In this document: in pieces, positions 49,719 to 58,308 of the stretch
Layout: each line of letters begins with the position of its first letter
Numbering within the stretch: the first letter of the stretch is position 1
Virus record (IMG/VR): IMGVR_UViG_3300032116_000032
Location: 64,001-128,000 of that record
Reading direction: 5' to 3' (one strand)
DNA from: a virus
DNA: 64,000 nucleotides
The notes under the pieces: generated by a model
Seen by the model: only the letters and a program-made list of their open reading frames with translations
The model's database searches: none
Told to the model about the DNA's origin: nothing
Made by a program: the position numbers and the translations under genes

Positions 49719-50093
49719 ATGAAAATCATCATAACAGAAGAACAGTATAATCTAATCAACGAAACCTATAGAAGAGATCGTTTTGATGCTGAGTACGCTG
49801 ATGAATATCCAAAGTATAAGAAGTTGTTTTTAAAGACAATATCTAAAGATGTCAAAGGTTGGGGTGAATGGCCAGGATCAATTTATCTGATGACTGAAAA
49901 CGGAGACCCTTTATTTGTATATAGAATACCATCAAAAACCGTATATTATGATTATTCAATAGATAAAGAGATGGAAGAATATATTCCTTATCACATTGTT
50001 TCGAGACACTTGAAAAACGCAGTTTACGATTACTTCAAAGGACTTTTTCCTGATGTTGAAATAAAAGAGGTAAGTGGGGCTAATATTGTATAG
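49719..50093 (+). CDS. MKIIITE-leader protein (type A)
   Basis: MKIIITEEQYNLINE; TATTTAT at 49707. Confidence 0.7.
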   Translation: MKIIITEEQYNLINETYRRDRFDAEYADEYPKYKKLFLKTISKDVKGWGEWPGSIYLMTENGDPLFVYRIPSKTVYYDYSIDKEMEEYIPYHIVSRHLKNAVYDYFKGLFPDVEIKEVSGANIV

Positions 50094-50095
50094 TT

Positions 50096-50653
50096 ATGAA
50101 AATAATAATATCTAATAATCAATATAGTCTTTTGAAGGAAGTGCATGTTGCTATTAAAAACATTGAGGGTCTTAAAAAGTATTGGAGAAACCAACAAAAA
50201 AAAGGTCAACAAATTAGATTTAATAAAGAAGATTTAGATTTTTGGGGTATTACAACTAGACAGGAAAAATATTATGCTCAAACAGCATTTCAAGAATTAG
50301 TTGGAGATGAGGTTTTTACTGAAAAAGTTATTAAAAAGTTAATCGGAAAAACATTTTCAACGAAAGACTTTGATGATAGAATCACTGGTGGATATGATTT
50401 CGAGTGGGTGATTGATAATATGGAATATAGAGATTATGATTTTTATTTATATGGAAAAACATTACCGGGAGGAACTGTTACTCTTATGGATGGTAGACAC
50501 ATATCTTTAAGTGAAGGAATAAATCATGAAGATTTAGGTTGGGAAATACAAGAAGAAATTAAAGATGTTGTCCAAGACTGTATGGATGAAATAATTTTAC
50601 CTGTCACAGGATATGAAGTGATAGTACCATATTTAATTATATCTGAAGAATGA
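50096..50653 (+). CDS. MKIII-leader protein (type B)
   Basis: MKIIISNNQYSLLKE; WRNQQKKG. Confidence 0.7.
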   Translation: MKIIISNNQYSLLKEVHVAIKNIEGLKKYWRNQQKKGQQIRFNKEDLDFWGITTRQEKYYAQTAFQELVGDEVFTEKVIKKLIGKTFSTKDFDDRITGGYDFEWVIDNMEYRDYDFYLYGKTLPGGTVTLMDGRHISLSEGINHEDLGWEIQEEIKDVVQDCMDEIILPVTGYEVIVPYLIISEE

Positions 50654-50976
50654 AAATAATAATTACAGAATCACAGAAAGAAAAACTAATGAATGATTTT
50701 ATGAAATCACTCGTAGATGATACCTTAGATGAAAACAAACCTTCTTATGTTGATTATTATATTGTTATTTGGGATAAAACTGCTGTTTGGAACATTGATA
50801 ACGAGCCGTTTATTGAATATGATAAATCTGATGGTAGATTGTGGATATCAAAAAAATATTTAAACAACTTAGAATCTTGGTTCCCAATCAAAAAAGAAAA
50901 AGTGTTAGATATGATTAAAAACTCTTTTGAAAATAAATTTAATGTTGATGTAAAATATATCAAAGCGGAGTCATGA
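50650..50976 (+). CDS. MKIIITE-leader protein (type A)
   Basis: MKIIITESQKEKL. Confidence 0.7.
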   Translation: MKIIITESQKEKLMNDFMKSLVDDTLDENKPSYVDYYIVIWDKTAVWNIDNEPFIEYDKSDGRLWISKKYLNNLESWFPIKKEKVLDMIKNSFENKFNVDVKYIKAES

Positions 50977-51560
50977 AAATAATAATTACAGAAAAACAAT
51001 ATAATAAGTTAACTGAAGATAAACTTCAGAAACTTTGTTATACAGTATGGAACCAACAAAAAAAGAGAGGTGAAGAACCTTATATTGATGATATAATATA
51101 CGACATTACAGATATTAGAAAAAACACAAATGAAGACTTTCAAATCATTAGACCCATTTGGTATAGATACAACGGTGGATTTAATAACTTATTTGAAAAA
51201 CTTAAAAATGAAATTGACGAAAAAATATTTGACCTTACAAGTGATTGGGGTAATCTTGATACAAGAGTAGAAGTTATTGAAGTAAGTCAGTTTGGTAGAT
51301 TAGGTGAAGATTTTGGAGTAGATATATTTGTAAATGTAGATCCAAATGGAACCATGGATTTCCAAATGTATGAAGAAGGAACCGATAACGAAATTCAAGT
51401 TAACGATACGATTGAGGCGGCTTATTTTGAAGCTCAATCCAATTATGAAGGAAGTGATCTTCTTGGTTATTTAAGAGGGGAAGTTTATGACCTTTTTTAT
51501 AAAAAGTTAGAAAAATACGGAATTCCAATTGACGTGGATGTTGATCTAAAAGAATTTTAA
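50973..51560 (+). CDS. MKIIITE-leader protein (type B)
   Basis: MKIIITEKQYNKLTE; WNQQKKRG. Confidence 0.7.
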   Translation: MKIIITEKQYNKLTEDKLQKLCYTVWNQQKKRGEEPYIDDIIYDITDIRKNTNEDFQIIRPIWYRYNGGFNNLFEKLKNEIDEKIFDLTSDWGNLDTRVEVIEVSQFGRLGEDFGVDIFVNVDPNGTMDFQMYEEGTDNEIQVNDTIEAAYFEAQSNYEGSDLLGYLRGEVYDLFYKKLEKYGIPIDVDVDLKEF

Positions 51561-51579
51561 ATATATATTTATTATCACT

Positions 51580-51816
51580 ATGGGACCAATCGAAAAAAAA
51601 ATCTTAGAATTATCTAAAACAGAAGGACTTTCTGAAGAAACAAAACTTGCTTTGACTATAATTAAAAATCAAGTTAAAGAAGATGAAAAACGAATTGTTA
51701 ATGAAGCATATCAAAAAGGTTACCACGATAAAGAAATGAGCCGTAGACCCACTTGGAACTACTTTGAAAGTAAGTACAAATCATTCTTTACAAATTTCAG
51801 AGTTGGTGAATTGTAA
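51580..51816 (+). CDS. Hypothetical protein
   Basis: TATTTAT at 51566. Confidence 0.55.
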   Translation: MGPIEKKILELSKTEGLSEETKLALTIIKNQVKEDEKRIVNEAYQKGYHDKEMSRRPTWNYFESKYKSFFTNFRVGEL

Positions 51817-51833
51817 AATTTTTCGTATCTTTG
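51803..51833 (+). promoter_or_regulatory. Bacteroidota housekeeping-type promoter
   Basis: TTG-N20-TATCTTTG, 4 nt before the ATG. Confidence 0.6.
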
Positions 51834-51837
51834 TGGT

Positions 51838-52122
51838 ATGGAAGACTTAAACAAACTCGAATTACCCGAAATCAAAACTCTTTGTAAACAATACGGAATC
51901 GGGACCGTAGGTGATAAAAAAACCCTAATTAAAAAACTCAAATATTTCTTGGACCCTATTGAGGATGTGTTAAATACACACCCTGGTAGAAAACTACCAA
52001 AAGATAAAAAAATTGTTGGTGCTAAAGTAACCAAACAAGAAGAAATTAATAATGTGTTAAAAAAGAAGGGTCAATTTTTATATTATTCTTTGGGTTATCA
52101 TTATTATATGGTGACAGAATAA
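51838..52122 (+). CDS. SAP-like DNA-binding domain protein
   Basis: LELPEIKTLCKQYGIGTVGDKKTLIKKL fits the SAP pattern; host-type promoter upstream. Confidence 0.55.
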   Translation: MEDLNKLELPEIKTLCKQYGIGTVGDKKTLIKKLKYFLDPIEDVLNTHPGRKLPKDKKIVGAKVTKQEEINNVLKKKGQFLYYSLGYHYYMVTE

Positions 52123-52153
52123 AAAAACTAGATATTTATTAAATAAAATTGGT

Positions 52154-52612
52154 ATGAAAAAACAAATACTTGAAGAGCTTAATGATATTAAGTATCTTTT
52201 TAATTACAATAGAGGTAAAATTATTTCAGAACAGGAACAATTTGACGATGAAGAAGAATTCGTAGATTATGATGATATAGATTATGGTGATATGGATGAT
52301 GATATGGATGATGATGAAGAAGAATATTATCCTGAACTGAGAATACCTCATGACATGCCATCATACAAAACTAAATATAGACATAGTGATGATGATATGG
52401 AATTGGACGAAGAAATGGATCTTCCTGTAATGTTACCAGGTACAAAAGAAAAAGAAAGAACTAAGGTAACACCTGGAACTAAACCGAGAACAAAACCTAA
52501 TACTCCATATAGCCCAAAACCAGGACCAAAACCGGATCCTAAGGCTAGAAATAGAAAAGATGAGATGCCTGATTGGTTAACCTTTGATGAACTTGGAATT
52601 GATTTTGAATAA
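52154..52612 (+). CDS. Acidic/Pro-rich hypothetical late protein carrying the duplicated cassette
   Basis: TATTTAT at 52133; leader ILEELNDIKYLFNY...IISE; PKPGPKPDPK. Confidence 0.65.
   Translation: MKKQILEELNDIKYLFNYNRGKIISEQEQFDDEEEFVDYDDIDYGDMDDDMDDDEEEYYPELRIPHDMPSYKTKYRHSDDDMELDEEMDLPVMLPGTKEKERTKVTPGTKPRTKPNTPYSPKPGPKPDPKARNRKDEMPDWLTFDELGIDFE
52243..52395 (+). repeat. 153-bp dispersed repeat, copy 2
   Basis: Equals 41369-41509 plus an extra GATATGGATGAT. Confidence 0.95.
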
Positions 52613-52613
52613 T

Positions 52614-53849
52614 ATGAAAAATTTAAGAAAAAAATTATACACTGAAGGTTTACCAAAATCTGAATTTGTTAGACTATTGGAAGCCCCAATTGACTATGAA
52701 GGTCCTGAAAGAATGGCTGGAGATGTTGAGGGAAAAATCACCGGTAAAAAAACCCCCTACCATAATTTTCCTGCTATCCCTAATATGGATAAAGACTTTG
52801 TTGAATTAATATCTTCCAAGAGATTCAAAGACTCAGTTGACAAAGTTAGAATGGCTATGGGTGATACAAGAATTATACAAGGTCAAAATGCTTTAATGCA
52901 GTTAATGGGAACTGTTGGTCAAGCGATGCAAAGACTTGTTATGATTCAGTCACAAAACAAAAAACAACTTGAAGATTTGGCTATTGAACTTGTAAAAAAA
53001 GAAATGGGTATTCCTGAAGGGGCAATGCAGTTCAAGGCTGAACTAATGACACAACCTATGGGTGCCGCAGAAGGGATGAAAGATGAAGCCGAAATGCCAA
53101 GTGAAGAAGAAATTGAAGAGTTTATGGGTGACGTTGAAAACTTCAACTTAGAAAGAGCTAAAAGAAGATTTATTAACTCATTAATTCAAGGAGCGGCTTT
53201 CAAAGGAGGTCACATGTATAATCTTGTAAGAAATGAAATCAATGATATCAACCCACAATTAATGAACCTTTATGCTGTTACCCAATCTTTGATGGAACAT
53301 GCTTATTGGATCTTTCCTGATATGGAAGGAATGGCAGGTGGTGGCGGTGGTCAAATGGGTCAGTCAGAATATGATGATGAGACAGATCCACCAACAGTAA
53401 AAGCTAGAGCTGTTACATTCCCACTTCTTGTACACGAGTTAGTTAAAGGTGTTTATGAGGTATTTGGAACTCATGGTTTACCTGATGACCCAAAACAAAG
53501 AGAAATGGTATTAAATGCTGAAGATTCACTTCCTGCTGAGATTTGGGACTCTCGTTTAGGACCAATTTTTTGGGAGAAGTTCGTTTCAACTTACCCTATG
53601 GAATTGTTCGATGATGATATGAAACATATCCAACATTATTTATTCATGCGTTTTTCAGCTTTAAACGCAGAAGAATTTATGAGTTTAGCTAAAAAGATCC
53701 TAAGTGGGGATCCAAAAGGACAACAAATAATTCAAAGAATGGTTGATGATATCGTTAAAGATTTAAAAGACAGAGAATATAAAGATGCCATGGGTGATGA
53801 TGATGACGAAGACTACGGCGATGTTGATCTAAGTGATTTGGGACTTTAA
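52614..53849 (+). CDS. Helical hypothetical protein
   Basis: Start placed at MKNLRKK, just after the previous stop; acidic tail DDDDEDYGDVDLSDLGL. Confidence 0.65.
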   Translation: MKNLRKKLYTEGLPKSEFVRLLEAPIDYEGPERMAGDVEGKITGKKTPYHNFPAIPNMDKDFVELISSKRFKDSVDKVRMAMGDTRIIQGQNALMQLMGTVGQAMQRLVMIQSQNKKQLEDLAIELVKKEMGIPEGAMQFKAELMTQPMGAAEGMKDEAEMPSEEEIEEFMGDVENFNLERAKRRFINSLIQGAAFKGGHMYNLVRNEINDINPQLMNLYAVTQSLMEHAYWIFPDMEGMAGGGGGQMGQSEYDDETDPPTVKARAVTFPLLVHELVKGVYEVFGTHGLPDDPKQREMVLNAEDSLPAEIWDSRLGPIFWEKFVSTYPMELFDDDMKHIQHYLFMRFSALNAEEFMSLAKKILSGDPKGQQIIQRMVDDIVKDLKDREYKDAMGDDDDEDYGDVDLSDLGL

Positions 53850-53870
53850 TAAGTCCCATTTCTTTTTTAT
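53840..53870 (+). terminator. Intrinsic terminator
   Basis: GGGACTT-TAAT-AAGTCCC followed by ATTTCTTTTTT. Confidence 0.6.
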
Positions 53871-53899
53871 AAGGAATTTTTTTCCTATAATTATTAAAA

Positions 53900-54205
53900 A
53901 TGTTAGGTATGAAAAATATTGATTGTGAGATATACATTAAACAACTAATTTCCTTTTTTGAAAATAATCCTGGTGACTTAATGCAACTTATAGGAAACGT
54001 TCAAAAAGAAGACTTTTATTTGAAATTAAGAGAAAAATCAGAAAACAATGTTGATGAAGGATTAGATCATGTTTTATCTAGACAACAAATGATTGACATT
54101 GTCTTGGAATTAAAGATTCCTGAACTATTTGAAAAACCAAACCCTAAGGCTGTTGTTGAAGGGTATGTCCAAAAAACAAAGTGGGGAAAAATTATTTTAA
54201 ATTAA
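53900..54205 (+). CDS. Hypothetical protein
   Basis: 101-aa ORF; the start may be 53909. Confidence 0.55.
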   Translation: MLGMKNIDCEIYIKQLISFFENNPGDLMQLIGNVQKEDFYLKLREKSENNVDEGLDHVLSRQQMIDIVLELKIPELFEKPNPKAVVEGYVQKTKWGKIILN

Positions 54206-54207
54206 AG

Positions 54208-54237
54208 TTGGTATTTATTAAAAAATTATTATCTTTG
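54208..54237 (+). promoter_or_regulatory. Bacteroidota housekeeping-type promoter
   Basis: TTG-N19-TATCTTTG upstream of the ArfA-like/DUF932 operon. Confidence 0.65.
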
Positions 54238-54260
54238 TAGAGTGATAAACGAGAAACAAA

Positions 54261-54377
54261 ATGAAAACTATAGAAGTAACGATACAAGAAATCTGGCAGG
54301 CAACTAGACCTATCGTGCAAAAAAGTAAGAAATCATATACTCGTAAAGTCAAACACAAAAACAAAGAAAATAATTAA
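54261..54377 (+). CDS. 38-aa basic peptide with ArfA-like C-terminal motif, not in the ORF track
   Basis: MKTIEVTIQEIWQATRPIVQKSKKSYTRKVKHKNKENN; directly after a host-type promoter. Confidence 0.55.
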   Translation: MKTIEVTIQEIWQATRPIVQKSKKSYTRKVKHKNKENN

Positions 54378-54379
54378 CT

Positions 54380-55138
54380 ATGATATACACACCAGAACTA
54401 ATCAAATCAATTGCACCGGCAGTATTCGCCACATCACCATCTTCTAAAATGACGAACAAGTATGAGTTCGTACCAACTAATGAAGTAATGGAGATTTTTG
54501 ACCGAGAAGGTTGGAAACTGTCATCTGTAAAACAAACAGGTAGAGGTATCCATTCAATGCACGAATTAAAATACAGAAACAGTGAATTACCAAAAGTTGG
54601 TGACACAGTTGTTGAAGCAATCGTTAGAAACTCTCACGATGGAACTGCAACATTCTCTATGGGAGCAGGACTTTTCCGATTGGTATGTTCAAATGGACTT
54701 ACAGTTCCTACGTCAGTAGCGGAGAAATTCTCAATTCGACACAATCACTTTTCATTCGACGATGTTCGAGGTTTAGCTGAGGACTTCTCTAAGAAACTCC
54801 CAAGAATCGAAGAGTCAGTTACTCGAATGATGGAAAAGGAGTTAACTGAAAAAGAAAAACTCCGTTTAATCAAAGAAGCGGTTAAGATCCGTTGGGCGGT
54901 TGGAAATGGACCTGAATCTATTGACATTACAGACATCCTAACACCGTTTCGACCTGAGGATGAGGGAAGTGATCTTTGGACAGTATTTAATGTGATACAA
55001 GAGAAAATGACTCGAGGTGGATTCACTTACAAAAGTCCAAGAGGAAGACAAACAACACTTCGTGGAATCAAAAGCATCCAAGCCACGAATCGTTTAAACA
55101 CTAAACTTTGGGAAGCCGCTGAACTATTATTAGTATAA
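54380..55138 (+). CDS. DUF932 family protein
   Basis: APAVFATSP...YEFVPT, IVRNSHDGT, GLFRLVCSNGL, DLWTVFNVIQE, LNTKLWEAA. Confidence 0.85.
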   Translation: MIYTPELIKSIAPAVFATSPSSKMTNKYEFVPTNEVMEIFDREGWKLSSVKQTGRGIHSMHELKYRNSELPKVGDTVVEAIVRNSHDGTATFSMGAGLFRLVCSNGLTVPTSVAEKFSIRHNHFSFDDVRGLAEDFSKKLPRIEESVTRMMEKELTEKEKLRLIKEAVKIRWAVGNGPESIDITDILTPFRPEDEGSDLWTVFNVIQEKMTRGGFTYKSPRGRQTTLRGIKSIQATNRLNTKLWEAAELLLV

Positions 55139-55148
55139 AAAAAGAAAA

Positions 55149-55170
55149 GGGGGTCAGTGACCCCCATTTT
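55149..55170 (+). terminator. Intrinsic terminator
   Basis: GGGGGTC-AGT-GACCCCC followed by ATTTT. Confidence 0.65.
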
Positions 55171-55175
55171 GTATT

Positions 55176-55520
55176 ATGGAAAAATTCAAACACGAAAAAA
55201 GACTTTTAGATTTCCTCATAGAGGAAAATAAAATATTGTATTCAACAATCCAACTAACGGGTTTTATTGAACTAACACCTGAAAGTTTACTTGAAAAACC
55301 AAGATTTGAGAATTATTTATTGGACGGTATGCAATATACTGATGGGGTTTCATATTCTGATGGAATATTTATTTATGATAACAATATTTACATATATTTA
55401 TCTAAAACTGACCCATTAGTCTCTTCATTTTCTTGTAAGATATATTATCCTATAAATAGAAAAAAAGACGTTGAGTTCTTTATATTAAACCTAAAAAAAT
55501 TAAAAAAAGATGGAAATTAG
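55176..55520 (+). CDS. Hypothetical protein
   Basis: 114-aa ORF coupled to thioredoxin. Confidence 0.55.
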   Translation: MEKFKHEKRLLDFLIEENKILYSTIQLTGFIELTPESLLEKPRFENYLLDGMQYTDGVSYSDGIFIYDNNIYIYLSKTDPLVSSFSCKIYYPINRKKDVEFFILNLKKLKKDGN

Positions 55521-55824
55521 TAGTGTTGAATTACAACAAAAAATAAATGCTGGTGAAAAACTTGTGGTTGAGTTTTGGGCTGAGTGGTGTGGACCATGTA
55601 AAATGATGAAACCAATTTTTGAAAGAGTTGCATCTTCAAACGAAAGTGAAGTCCAAATGTATACACTTAATATTGATAATAACAGAGAAGTCGCTTTAAG
55701 CCTTGGTATCAGAAGTATACCAACTGTAAAGATGTTTAATTCTGGTGAAGTGGTTGAGACAAAAGTGGGTATGATGAATGAAGGACAGATAAAAGAAATG
55801 GTAAGTGAATTGATCAATGGATAA
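55510..55824 (+). CDS. trxA: Thioredoxin
   Basis: EFWAEWCGPCKMMKP, IRSIPT. Confidence 0.9.
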   Translation: MEISSVELQQKINAGEKLVVEFWAEWCGPCKMMKPIFERVASSNESEVQMYTLNIDNNREVALSLGIRSIPTVKMFNSGEVVETKVGMMNEGQIKEMVSELING

Positions 55825-56104
55825 AATTGCAGTTGTGTTCACAATGAAGAGTTGTCCTCATTGTCACACATTTAAAAAAATGTTAGAAGAGGCTGACATT
55901 GACTTTATCGATAGAGATATTGATGAATATGAAGAAGAATACGATATGTTTGTTGAAGTTACAGGAAATGATTTTGTACCGGCATTCATGTTAATTGAGA
56001 ATCCCGAAAGTGAAACTCCTACATCAAATTTATATGCTCCTGATCGAGATTTTGAGGATATAGATGAAGGACTAAAAATAATTAAAGAATTTTACGAAAG
56101 ATAA
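55817..56104 (+). CDS. Glutaredoxin-like protein
   Basis: VFTMKSCPHC, FVPAF. Confidence 0.75.
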   Translation: MDKIAVVFTMKSCPHCHTFKKMLEEADIDFIDRDIDEYEEEYDMFVEVTGNDFVPAFMLIENPESETPTSNLYAPDRDFEDIDEGLKIIKEFYER

Positions 56105-56105
56105 A

Positions 56106-56134
56106 AAAACCCCTCAATCGAGGGGTTTTCTTTT
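56106..56134. terminator. Bidirectional intrinsic terminator
   Basis: AAAACCCCTC-AATC-GAGGGGTTTT between convergent genes. Confidence 0.8.
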
Positions 56135-56828
56135 ATATCAATATTATGTCTTTTAGTCTATCTTGAATCAAGTATGGTTTGTCCAATGTCTGATCAGTGA
56201 TATCTTTTGTAAAGTCGTAGTTAGACAGCCTTTCTTTGAATTCAGTAAGATCCATATCAAAACAATCTAAAACAAGACTTTCAATAGTTTTCTTTGGTAT
56301 TTGAGAATCACAAATCACTTTAATTCTATAATCTTCATCTTCATTTAAATCACTTGAGTAATGAAAATATAATTTATCAATACCCAACAAAGAATACATT
56401 TGATTGAAGATATAATGTGAGTAATATAATATTCCTCTACCACAACCTAAACTATGCCCATAAGGAAACTCTGATGAAATGTTTATTTCTGAAATGGGGT
56501 CTAATTCCTTAACGTACAAAGATTTATTAACTGTGATCCATGCTCTTGGAAAATCTGTGATTTCTTGTTCGTACTTAATGATATCAATAATGTTAAGACT
56601 TTCTTTATTGAGTGATTTAAATAATTCCTTGTTTGATTCTATAAATTCTATTTTAAGTTCGTTAAGGTTTAGAACATTACTACTTATAGTTTGACCGTTA
56701 ACAACCACAAAGTTTTCACAATCTGTTACTTGAATTATTGTATTTTCTGATTTGTTGAATTTTGACAGGATGTAGTCTGCAAATAGATTTACAAAATACC
56801 GTCTTGTGTTTTTTTCTAATTTTCTCAT
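56133..56828 (-). CDS. Hypothetical protein, possibly a degenerate SAM synthetase (MetK)-like fold
   Basis: NLFADYILSKF...VVVNGQT...LNLNEL and FPYG resemble the MetK N-terminal and central domains; catalytic motifs are absent. Confidence 0.35.
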   Translation of the reverse strand: MRKLEKNTRRYFVNLFADYILSKFNKSENTIIQVTDCENFVVVNGQTISSNVLNLNELKIEFIESNKELFKSLNKESLNIIDIIKYEQEITDFPRAWITVNKSLYVKELDPISEINISSEFPYGHSLGCGRGILYYSHYIFNQMYSLLGIDKLYFHYSSDLNEDEDYRIKVICDSQIPKKTIESLVLDCFDMDLTEFKERLSNYDFTKDITDQTLDKPYLIQDRLKDIILI

Positions 56829-56878
56829 ATTCTTGGTTTTGTATAATGAATATGAGAATTAAATGAAACTATAAAGAG

Positions 56879-57994
56879 TTAAATATAATCTAAAAACATT
56901 TCGTTTATGTTTCTTCTTGTTCTGTCCCAATCAGGATATTCAGGGATTCTAATATCAATACATTCTACATCATCATTAGAAATCATATTATTTATAAGTT
57001 CCGTATATCCACCAAAATATTCTAAAAATGAATCACTCCAAGTTCCGCCTTTATTATTTTCTAAAAATGTTGTTATATTTCCAATAAAGTCTCTGATTTT
57101 AATATATTGGTCGTATTTAGTTTTTTCACCGACCTTTCTTGGAATCTCATCAATACGACCCTCGAAGTATTCATTAAGACCATTATAAACAGCTTCATAA
57201 ACTTCATCTTCATATGCTGTATTTTCAGAGCTGTAATAAACACTTCTCAATTCTTGACCAATTTCTTGTAAATCTTTTTTGAAAAGTTCGTTTGATGCGT
57301 CACTATCTTTTAATAGGTCGTTTAAATCTTCAGGTCTTATTCTAAAATATCCTTCTGTCCCTTGTATTTCAGATAAATGTTCAAAAAAGTCTGAATCATA
57401 ATCTTCTAATGAAAGTTCTTGATTTCCAATTTTTTTATAAATAACATCTTTAAGATGTGCTAAATTAGAATCATCTAAAACATCTACTGTATCGTGTGGT
57501 GACATACTAGAATCATAATACCAATCGTGACCTAAACCTTCTTCACTTAAAATTAGTTTTGCAACATATCTAGGGCCACTATCACTTCTTCTACTACCAC
57601 TACAAAAATATTCACTTAACTCTTCACTATCTCTTAATTTTAGATAAAAACCACCATTTCTAATTTCAACATCAGTTATTAGATTGTTAATTATAAAATA
57701 AACTGTGTCTTCGTAGTTGTCTTCTAAACCTTTTAAAAGTAATATATTTTTTAATTCTTCGGGTGCGTCTTCATAACTAAGATTACCTAAAACACCATTT
57801 TCATCTAAAAAATTAATTAGTTCACTGTCCCAATTACGATAACCTACTTGACCTAAATCTAATTCATCTAAAAGACCGTATTTTTTAACAAACTTAAAGA
57901 ATGTTATTAAGTCATTAAAATACGGCTCAATGTCGTCATCAAAATCACCATAATTAAATGAATTAACTAATTGTCTTGCTCTATCTAAACTCAT
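56879..57994 (-). CDS. Acidic hypothetical late protein
   Basis: Minus-strand TATTTAT at 58000-58006; D/E/Y-rich. Confidence 0.65.
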   Translation of the reverse strand: MSLDRARQLVNSFNYGDFDDDIEPYFNDLITFFKFVKKYGLLDELDLGQVGYRNWDSELINFLDENGVLGNLSYEDAPEELKNILLLKGLEDNYEDTVYFIINNLITDVEIRNGGFYLKLRDSEELSEYFCSGSRRSDSGPRYVAKLILSEEGLGHDWYYDSSMSPHDTVDVLDDSNLAHLKDVIYKKIGNQELSLEDYDSDFFEHLSEIQGTEGYFRIRPEDLNDLLKDSDASNELFKKDLQEIGQELRSVYYSSENTAYEDEVYEAVYNGLNEYFEGRIDEIPRKVGEKTKYDQYIKIRDFIGNITTFLENNKGGTWSDSFLEYFGGYTELINNMISNDDVECIDIRIPEYPDWDRTRRNINEMFLDYI

Positions 57995-58012
57995 ATGGTA
58001 TAAATATCTTAT

Positions 58013-58044
58013 AAATAAAAAAGGTGTCCCAATCGGAACACCTT
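58013..58044 (-). terminator. Intrinsic terminator (minus strand)
   Basis: AAGGTGTTCC-GATT-GGGACACCTT followed by a U run; the one non-Watson-Crick position pairs as G.U only on the minus strand. Confidence 0.7.
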
Positions 58045-58064
58045 ATCTTGATGATACGCAAATA

Positions 58065-58202
58065 TTATTTTCTGTAATATTTGTTAATGATTTTTTTTAC
58101 TGACTCTTGAACATTAGTTTTATTTTGAGTCGTATTTGCACCTTGTTGTGTTTGTGTTTGAGGTTGTTGTGCCTGTTGTTTGTTTTTACATCCGCAGCCC
58201 AT
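58065..58202 (-). CDS. 45-aa MGCGCK peptide, not in the ORF track
   Basis: MGCGCKNKQQAQQPQTQTQQGANTTQNKTNVQESVKKIINKYYRK; own TATTTAT (58233-58239) and terminator. Confidence 0.7.
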   Translation of the reverse strand: MGCGCKNKQQAQQPQTQTQQGANTTQNKTNVQESVKKIINKYYRK

Positions 58203-58308
58203 AACTAAATATTTTTATCGGTTTATTTATCTATAAATAGTATCTAAAACAAGTTTAATTCAGAATAATTAAAAATCAATTATTTTTATTTTGTTATATT
58301 TATCAAGT

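Noticed and set aside
41369-52395. Duplicated block as a DGR template/variable repeat pair
   Set aside because: No adenine-specific substitutions (no substitutions at all), both copies are coding, and no reverse transcriptase is in the window.
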